A stretch of DNA of 64,000 bases from the NCBI GenBank assembly GCA_963729155.1, contig CAVSMP010000015.1, positions 93,797-157,796 on the forward strand, written 5' to 3'. This document shows positions 57,803 to 64,000 of this stretch, one piece after another. The stretch's first letter is position 1. Each line of letters opens with the position of its first letter. The stretch is from an uncultured Solirubrobacteraceae bacterium (GTDB lineage Bacteria; Actinomycetota; Thermoleophilia; Solirubrobacterales; Solirubrobacteraceae). The notes under the pieces are model-generated. The model made no database searches. It saw nothing but the letters and a program-made list of their open reading frames with translations, and was not told the origin of the DNA. The position numbers and the translations under genes are program-made.

Positions 57803-59118
57803 CCGCGATCCGCAAGCACTTCAAGGACTTCATCGCGGTCATCGGGCTGATCGTGATCGCGGCCGGCGTGTCGGCCTACATCCTCTCCAAGCAGCGGCTG
57901 CGCTTCCCGATCATCCAGGACAAGCCGTACGTGCTGAAGGCCGAGTTCCAGACCGCGCAGGCCGTGATCGCCGGCCAGGGCCAGACCGTGCGCGTGGCCG
58001 GCGTGCGGATCGGCGACATCGGGGCCGTCGAGCTCAAGGACGGCCGCGCGATCGTCCGCATGGACATCGACCGCAAGTACGAGGACATGATCCACACGGA
58101 CGCGACCGCGCTGCTGCGGCCCAAGACCGGCCTGAAGGACATGTTCATCCAGCTCGACCCGGGGACGGACGACGCGCCCGTGGCGAAGGAGAACTGGACG
58201 ATCCCGGTCGACTCGACGCAGCCCGACGTCAACCCGGACGAGATCCTCTCCACGCTGGACGCCGACACGCGCGACTACCTGCGGCTGCTGATCTCCGACG
58301 CCGGGCGCGGCCTGAAGGGTCGCAGCGGCGACCTGCGCGACCTGTTCCGCCGCTTCGAGCCGACGCACAAGGACCTCGCCGCCGTCAACGGCGCGGTCGC
58401 CGAGCGGCGCACCAACCTGCGGCGGCTGATCACCTCGCTGAACGAGCTCAACGGCGAGTTGGCGAGCCACGACGACGACATCGCCGGCCTCGTGACGGCG
58501 TCCTCGGCGGTCCTGCGCTCGTTCGCCTCCGAGGAGCAGAACATCTCCGCCGCCGTGGCCGAGCTGCCGAGCACGCTGCGGCAGACGACCGCGTCGCTGG
58601 GCCAGGTCCAGCGCTTCGCCGACGTGCTGGGGCCGACGACCGAGCGCCTGCGCCCCGCCGCCCGGGCGCTTCACCCGGCCAACGAAGCGATCAGGCCGTT
58701 CGCGAAGGAGGCCACGCCGCTGCTGGCCGAGGACATCCGGCCGTTCGTGCGCGAGGCGCGCCCGCTCACCCGCGACCTGCGGCCCGCGGCCGTGCAGGTC
58801 GCCGACGCCGCGCCGGGCCTGACGCGCTCGTTCAAGCAGCTCAACAACTTCTTCAACCTGCTCGCCTACAACCCGAGCGGCCGCGAGGGCCCGGACAACG
58901 CCGCGCGCCAGGAGGGCTATCTGTTCTGGCTGGCGTGGGCCCAGCACCAGGCCGTCCAGCTGTTCTCGACCTCCGACGCCAACGGCGTGTTCCGCCCGGT
59001 CACCCTCGCCGCGCCGTGCGCGACGCTCGAGCAGATCGTCGCCGGCGAGGACCCGCTCGAGTTCCTCGGGATGCTCACGCCCCTGCTCACCGACTCCCAG
59101 GCCTGCGCCACGAAGTAG
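57799..59118 (+). CDS. MCE/MlaD-family protein 5 of 6
   Basis: N-terminal TM, then YVLKAEFQTAQAVIAGQGQTVRVAGVRIGDIGAVEL...LLRPKTGLKDMFIQLDPG. The GTGA overlap start lies inside track ORF 57427..59118. Confidence 0.88.
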   Translation: MTAIRKHFKDFIAVIGLIVIAAGVSAYILSKQRLRFPIIQDKPYVLKAEFQTAQAVIAGQGQTVRVAGVRIGDIGAVELKDGRAIVRMDIDRKYEDMIHTDATALLRPKTGLKDMFIQLDPGTDDAPVAKENWTIPVDSTQPDVNPDEILSTLDADTRDYLRLLISDAGRGLKGRSGDLRDLFRRFEPTHKDLAAVNGAVAERRTNLRRLITSLNELNGELASHDDDIAGLVTASSAVLRSFASEEQNISAAVAELPSTLRQTTASLGQVQRFADVLGPTTERLRPAARALHPANEAIRPFAKEATPLLAEDIRPFVREARPLTRDLRPAAVQVADAAPGLTRSFKQLNNFFNLLAYNPSGREGPDNAARQEGYLFWLAWAQHQAVQLFSTSDANGVFRPVTLAAPCATLEQIVAGEDPLEFLGMLTPLLTDSQACATK

Positions 59119-60618
59119 ATGAACAAGGCCGCCCCCTCACTCCCGCGCATCCTCGTCATGGTCGTCTTCGCGCTGTCCTGCTTCGGGCTGCTGCTGTTCC
59201 TGTGGCTGTCCTTCGGCGGGCCGGTGCCGCTGAAGCCGAAGGGCTACCGCGTGCAGATCGACTTCCCCGAGGCGACGACGCTGGCCAGCGAGGCGGACGT
59301 GCGCGTCGCCGGCGTGCCGGTCGGCAAGGTGCGCAAGGTGGAGGTCGGCGACGGCACCAACCGCACAGTCGCCACGGTGGAGATCGAGCGCCGCTACGCG
59401 CCGCTGCGCTCCGACGCCCGCGCGATCCTGCGCCAGAAGACGCTGTTGGGCGAGACCTACGTGGAGCTCACGCCGGGCCGCTCGGAGAAGATGATCCCCG
59501 AGGACGGGAAGCTGTCGGACACGCAGATCAAGCCGACCGTGGAGCTCGACGAGATCTTCGACTCGCTCGACCCCCAGACGCGCGCCGACTTCAAGGGCTG
59601 GCAGACGGAGCTGGCCAAGGGCATCAAGGGCCGCGGGCGCGACTTCAACGACGCGCTGGGCACGCTCCCCGGCTTCGCCTCCGACGGCGCCGACATCCTC
59701 GAGGTGCTCGACCGGCAGGAGGGCGGGGTCCAACGGCTCGTCAAGAACACGGGCGTCGTGTTCGGTGCTCTGACCCAGGACGAGGCGCAGCTGCGCAACC
59801 TGATCACGGGCTCCAAGCAGACCTTCGACGCGACGGCTTCCAAGTCGGATGCCTTAGCGGAGACGATCCGGATCTTCCCGACGTTCCTGAAGGAGTCCAA
59901 GCTGACGCTGGCGCGGGTGCAGCGGTTCTCGACCGACACGGATCCGCTGATCACGGACCTGCGCCCGGTCGCCCGCGACCTGCAGCCGACGCTGCGCGAC
60001 GTGCGCGCGCTGGCGCCGGACCTCGAGCGCTTCTTCAAGAACCTCGACCCCGTGATCACCGCGTCCAAGACCGGCCTGCCGGCCACGCGCGAGGTGCTCG
60101 AGGGCGCGGAGCCGCTGATCGGCGAGCTGGGTCCGTTCCTGTCGCAGATCAACCCGATCTTCAAGTACTTCGAGGCCTCGCAGTGGCAGGTCGCCGACTT
60201 CCTCAACTACGGCGCGGCCGCCCTGTCGGCCAAGACGCAGTCGCCCGGCGGCGGCACCGGCCACTACCTGCGCCAGTTCGGTCCGCTGGGCGCCGAGAGC
60301 GCCGCCATCTGGCGCGAGCGCGCGCCCAACAACCGGGGCAACTCCTACTTCCAGCCGCTGAGCCTCGCGGAGTCCAAGGACAGCGCCGGCCGGTCTTACG
60401 ACAAGTACAAGATCACGGGCCAGTTCGACTGCCAGAACTCAGGCGAGAAGCCGGCGCCGACGGACGGCACGCCGGGCTGCCAGGTCCAGAACCAGAACGA
60501 GTTCGACGCCGACTACAAGTTCTCGTTCAACGGCAAGCAGCTCCAGGGCGCCTTCCCGCACGTCGAGGCCGACGACTACTCGCGGCCCAGCGCGGGCGCG
60601 GCGCAGGCGAACCGCTGA
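59119..60618 (+). CDS. MCE/MlaD-family protein 6 of 6
   Basis: N-terminal TM, then YRVQIDFPEATTLASEADVRVAGVPVGKVRKVEV...ILRQKTLLGETYVELTPG. The start abuts the previous stop. Confidence 0.88.
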   Translation: MNKAAPSLPRILVMVVFALSCFGLLLFLWLSFGGPVPLKPKGYRVQIDFPEATTLASEADVRVAGVPVGKVRKVEVGDGTNRTVATVEIERRYAPLRSDARAILRQKTLLGETYVELTPGRSEKMIPEDGKLSDTQIKPTVELDEIFDSLDPQTRADFKGWQTELAKGIKGRGRDFNDALGTLPGFASDGADILEVLDRQEGGVQRLVKNTGVVFGALTQDEAQLRNLITGSKQTFDATASKSDALAETIRIFPTFLKESKLTLARVQRFSTDTDPLITDLRPVARDLQPTLRDVRALAPDLERFFKNLDPVITASKTGLPATREVLEGAEPLIGELGPFLSQINPIFKYFEASQWQVADFLNYGAAALSAKTQSPGGGTGHYLRQFGPLGAESAAIWRERAPNNRGNSYFQPLSLAESKDSAGRSYDKYKITGQFDCQNSGEKPAPTDGTPGCQVQNQNEFDADYKFSFNGKQLQGAFPHVEADDYSRPSAGAAQANR

Positions 60619-60619
60619 G

Positions 60620-61363
60620 CTAGGCCGCGGCGGCGGCGCGGCGCGCGCCGGCCTGCGAGAAGCCGCCGAGCACGGCGTCGGCGAGCTGCCTGCGGCCGCT
60701 GAACTGCAGATCGTCCGCGTTGCCCTCCGGGCCGAGCGCGTTCACCCAGGCCGACACGGGTCCGGTGACGCGCGCGTCGGGCTCGGACTCCGTCTGGGCC
60801 TGCTCGGTGATCTCGACGCGGCCGCCCTCGATCACGAGCTGGTAGCGGCGCTCCGGGATGTCCCCGCGCGCGTCGACCACGAGCTCGACCGTGCCCCTCG
60901 TGCCGTCGGCGGGGGAGAGCATGCCGGGCGCGAGCCGGAAGATGGCGCCGACGTTGACGTCCTCGCCCGGGCGCGGCGTGCCCCAGGTCCAGTCGTAGCC
61001 CCAGCGGGCGAGCGCGCCGAGTACCGGCATCAGCTCGCGCGAGCGCTCCGTCAGCTCGTAGTCCACCCGCGGCGGCACCTCGCGGTAGCGCTGTCGGGTC
61101 AGCAGCCCGTCGGCCACCATGCGGTTCAGCCGCGAGCGCAGCTGCTCGGTGGAGATGCCGGGCAGGACGCGCTGGAGCTCGACGAACCGCCGGGGCCCGG
61201 CGGCCAGGTCGCGGATGATCAGCAGCGTCCACTTGTCCCCGACCAGGTCGAGGGCCCGGGCGTCGGGCGCCCACTGGTCGTAGGGGTGGCGTTTCGGGGG
61301 CGGAACTGGGGGCAAGGTCACTCTCCTCCGGGAGCGCGCGAGCCTGAGGGGGCCGCGTGGCAC
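60620..61363 (-). CDS. HxlR-family winged-helix transcriptional regulator with C-terminal SCP2-like extension
   Basis: ALDLVGDKWTLLIIRDLAAGPRRFVELQRVLPGISTEQLRSRLNRMVADGLLTRQRYREVPPRVDYELT. GTG 61321 is an alternative start. Confidence 0.8.
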   Translation of the reverse strand: MPRGPLRLARSRRRVTLPPVPPPKRHPYDQWAPDARALDLVGDKWTLLIIRDLAAGPRRFVELQRVLPGISTEQLRSRLNRMVADGLLTRQRYREVPPRVDYELTERSRELMPVLGALARWGYDWTWGTPRPGEDVNVGAIFRLAPGMLSPADGTRGTVELVVDARGDIPERRYQLVIEGGRVEITEQAQTESEPDARVTGPVSAWVNALGPEGNADDLQFSGRRQLADAVLGGFSQAGARRAAAAA

Positions 61364-61532
61364 GAGAATAGCCGCTCGTGCGGCGCTCAGTTTGATTTCC
61401 TGGACATTCGGCGGATGCAGCCCTTGGCGGAAGTGGCCGAAGAAACTCCCGCAAGTTTCCTCACGCGGGCGCGTTTGGAGGGGACGAAACGGACAGAACA
61501 GTCCGTGGTTTCAGACAAGGGACGGATTTCAG

Positions 61533-62192
61533 ATGGGCGACGTGATCAAGCTTGCCGAGCGCAGGGCGGCGCGAGAGGCACGGACGGGGCACCGGATGGC
61601 TCCCGCGCGCGTCGAGTTCCTGTTCGATCTGTGTTGTCCGTTCTCGTACCTGGCGGCCGAGCGGGTCGACCGCATCTTCGACGAGGTGACCTGGACTCCG
61701 GCGTCGACGTCGGCGCTCTGCTGCGGGTCGCTCACCACGGATCCCGATGGGCTGGCCGAGTACCGGCTGAGCGCCGAGCGGCGCGCGCTGGAGCTGCGGC
61801 TGCCGCTGATCTGGCCCGAGCGCTTCCCGGAGGACGTGCCCGCCGCCATGCGCGCCGCGCACTACGCGGCCGAGCAGGGTCGTGGCGCCGCGTTCGTCCT
61901 CGCGGCGGGCCGGCTGGCCTTCTGCGGGGGCTTCGACCTCGACGATCCCGAGCTGCTGGCCGAGGCGGCCGCGGCGGCGGGGATCGACATGCAAGGTTGG
62001 TTGCACGCGCTGAGCGAGCTGCATCGGGACGGTGAGATCGAGGCCGCCGGGCGTGGTCTGCTGGCCGCGGGCGCCGGTCGGCTACCGGCTCTGCGCGTCG
62101 GCAACGGGCTGTTCTGGGGCGAGCACCGCATCGACGAGGCCGCCGCGGCGGCCCGTCACCTGGCCGCCCGCACGGCCGGCGCTACGGGCTGA
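61533..62192 (+). CDS. DsbA-like thioredoxin-fold protein (2-hydroxychromene-2-carboxylate isomerase family)
   Basis: VEFLFDLCCPFSYLAAERV (CPFS active-site-like motif) ...LPALRVGNGLFWGEHRIDEA. ATG 61533 lies inside track ORF 61392..62192. Confidence 0.65.
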   Translation: MGDVIKLAERRAAREARTGHRMAPARVEFLFDLCCPFSYLAAERVDRIFDEVTWTPASTSALCCGSLTTDPDGLAEYRLSAERRALELRLPLIWPERFPEDVPAAMRAAHYAAEQGRGAAFVLAAGRLAFCGGFDLDDPELLAEAAAAAGIDMQGWLHALSELHRDGEIEAAGRGLLAAGAGRLPALRVGNGLFWGEHRIDEAAAAARHLAARTAGATG

Positions 62193-62343
62193 CGAGCCCG
62201 GCCAGGATCCGCTCGTTGATCTCCTCCTCGGGGGCCTGACCGGCGTCCCGGATCTCGGGCAGGATCGGGTCCTCGCGGTCGGACTCGCGCAGGAGCAGCT
62301 CGAGGTCGCCGCTGAAGGCGTCGGTATCTGGTGTCCTCTCCAT
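62182..62343 (-). CDS. small acidic hypothetical protein
   Basis: The C-terminal 53 aa of track ORF 62182..63792 (MERTPDTDAFSGDLELLLRESDREDPILPEIRD...) have coding-like third positions. The rest of that ORF is antisense junk. Weak call. Confidence 0.3.
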   Translation of the reverse strand: MERTPDTDAFSGDLELLLRESDREDPILPEIRDAGQAPEEEINERILAGLVSP

Positions 62344-62430
62344 GGCACCGGACGCTAGAGCGGTCACGGCCCGGCTCCCAGCCCCGCCGGGCGGCACACC
62401 CCCCGAACGGCGGGGGTAGATTCCGGGTCC

Positions 62431-64000
62431 ATGACGACCGAGGCCGAAGCGACCCAGACCCTCCACGGCGGCCGGCTGGTCGCGCGCCGCCTGAAGGCGT
62501 ACGGCGTGACGAAGCTGTTCACGCTCACGGGCGGGCACCTGTTCTCGATCTACGACGGCTGCCGCGCGGAGGGGATCGACCTCGTCGACGTGCGCCACGA
62601 GTCCTCCGCGGCGTTCGCCGCCGAGGGCTGGGCGAAGGTCACGCGCGAGCCGGGCGTGGCGGCGCTGACCGCCGGCCCCGGGATCACGAACGGGATCAGC
62701 GCGATGGCCTCGGCGAGCCAGAACCGCTCGCCGATGCTCGTGCTCGGCGGGCGCGCGCCCGCGTGGCGCTGGGGCCAGGGCTCGCTGCAGGAGATCGACC
62801 ACCTGCCGTTCGTGCGGCCCGTGGTCAAGATGGCCGCGACCGCGGGCTCCACGGCGGAGATCCCGGGGCTGCTCGACGAGGCGTGGGACGCGGCCCGCCG
62901 CCCGCACACCGGCCCGGCGTTCGTCGACTTCCCGCTCGACCACGTGTTCTCGGAGGCCGAGGAGCCCGCGCTCGGCGAGCCCGCCGAGATCCGCGAGTCG
63001 CCGGTCGACGGGCGCGCGCTCGAGCGGGCGGTCGCCCTCCTGCGCGACGCGGAGCGGCCGGTGATCATGGCCGGCAACGGGCTCTACTGGGCGCGCGGCG
63101 AGGGCGCGCTGCGCGAGCTCGCCGAGGCCGTGGGCGTCCCCGTGTTCCTCAACGGCCTCGCGCGCGGCTGCCTGCCGGCCGACCACGAGCTCTTCTTCTC
63201 TCGCGCGCGCAGCGCGGGGCTCAAGGGCGCCGACGTGGCGCTCGTGATCGGCGTGCCGATGGACTTCCGGCTCGGCTTCGGCGGCTCCTTCGGCGAGCAG
63301 ACCGAGCTGATCGTGCTCGACGGCGCCGAGCCCGAGCGCGAGCACCCGCGGCCGGTCGCCGCCGAGCTGTTCGGCGACGTCGCCGGCGCGCTGCGGGAGC
63401 TCGCCGCGGCGGGCGGAAGGGAACGCCGCCGCGGCTGGGTCGAGCACCTGCGCGGCGTGGAGTCCGAAAAGCGCGCCGGTGAGGAGGAGCAGTTCGCCGA
63501 CGGGCGCTCGCCGCTGCACCCCATGCGGCTCTACCGCGAGCTGGCCGGCGTGCTGGACCGCGACGCGATCCTGATCGGCGACGGCGGCGACTTCGTCTCC
63601 TACGCGGGGCGGGTCGTGGACACCTACGAGCCGGGCTGCTGGCTCGACCCGGGCCCGTTCGGCTGCCTGGGTTGCGGGCCCGGCTACGCGCTGGCGGCCA
63701 AGCTCGCGCATCCCGGCCGCCAGGTCGTGCTCCTGCTCGGCGACGGCGCGTTCGGCTTCGCCGGGATGGAGCTCGACACGCTCGCCCGCCACGGGGTGCA
63801 GGTCGTCGCGGTCGTCGGCAACAACGGGATCTGGGCGCTCGAGAAGAACCCGATGGAGTACCTCTACGGCTACTCGGTCGTGGCGGAGCTGACGCCCGAG
63901 ACGCGCTACGACCTCGTGGCCGAGGCGCTCGGCTGCCAGGGCGAGCTGGTCCGCGCGCCGGGCGAGCTGCGGCCGGCGCTCGAGCGCGCGTTCTCCGCCG
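62431..64000 (+). CDS. thiamine-diphosphate-dependent enzyme (acetolactate synthase large subunit / oxalyl-CoA decarboxylase-like), runs off right edge
   Basis: Not in ORF track because there is no stop in the window. Hand translation from ATG 62431: [44 protein letters not shown]...[18 protein letters not shown]...[17 protein letters not shown]. The downstream TPP-binding motif [10 protein letters not shown]...GNNG is also present. Confidence 0.85.
   Translation, partial: MTTEAEATQTLHGGRLVARRLKAYGVTKLFTLTGGHLFSIYDGCRAEGIDLVDVRHESSAAFAAEGWAKVTREPGVAALTAGPGITNGISAMASASQNRSPMLVLGGRAPAWRWGQGSLQEIDHLPFVRPVVKMAATAGSTAEIPGLLDEAWDAARRPHTGPAFVDFPLDHVFSEAEEPALGEPAEIRESPVDGRALERAVALLRDAERPVIMAGNGLYWARGEGALRELAEAVGVPVFLNGLARGCLPADHELFFSRARSAGLKGADVALVIGVPMDFRLGFGGSFGEQTELIVLDGAEPEREHPRPVAAELFGDVAGALRELAAAGGRERRRGWVEHLRGVESEKRAGEEEQFADGRSPLHPMRLYRELAGVLDRDAILIGDGGDFVSYAGRVVDTYEPGCWLDPGPFGCLGCGPGYALAAKLAHPGRQVVLLLGDGAFGFAGMELDTLARHGVQVVAVVGNNGIWALEKNPMEYLYGYSVVAELTPETRYDLVAEALGCQGELVRAPGELRPALERAFSA

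Overview
Very high-GC (about 70% or more by eye) bacterial chromosome segment, Actinomycetota-like in gene content. All family calls come from hand reading of the ORF track and my own translations; I ran no database search.

About 70 protein genes and 2 tRNAs are present. I saw no rRNA, CRISPR array, transposase, integrase or phage genes.

A conserved housekeeping backbone runs through the window:
- glyQS
- rsmI
- metG-tatD-rsmA-ispE
- tRNA-Gln, glmU-prs
- rplY-pth
- mfd, PrsA-like PPIase, mazG-eno
- ftsB

Short accessory inserts interrupt this backbone. The right third carries more variable content:
- tandem GNATs, a stand-alone csrA and a thermonuclease
- a YbdK-type ligase, a rhomboid-like protein lacking its catalytic residues, and selD
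- an R2-like oxidase and csaA
- an ECF sigma/anti-sigma fusion, tRNA-Leu and an orphan sugar-binding lipoprotein
- a six-gene mce cluster with no adjacent permease or ATPase genes
- an HxlR/DsbA-like pair and a TPP enzyme that runs off the right edge

Main items for a second look:
1. About 17 single-base frameshifts, all +1 and almost all homopolymer extensions, sit between 48.1 and 53.8 kb and break five genes. This looks like local consensus error rather than gene decay.
2. The mce cluster has no yrbE/mlaE partners on either flank.
3. A near-exact ECF41-type promoter motif (TGTCACG-N16-CGTC) sits in front of the epimerase gene divergent from a SigJ/ECF41-like sigma factor.
4. A 160-bp imperfect palindrome with a perfect 18-bp core and mirrored G-runs lies between pth and a methyltransferase gene.
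5. An N-terminally truncated subtilase remnant ends in RSSWSRSSWS repeats.

I found no clear novel multi-gene system such as a defence or toxin locus.
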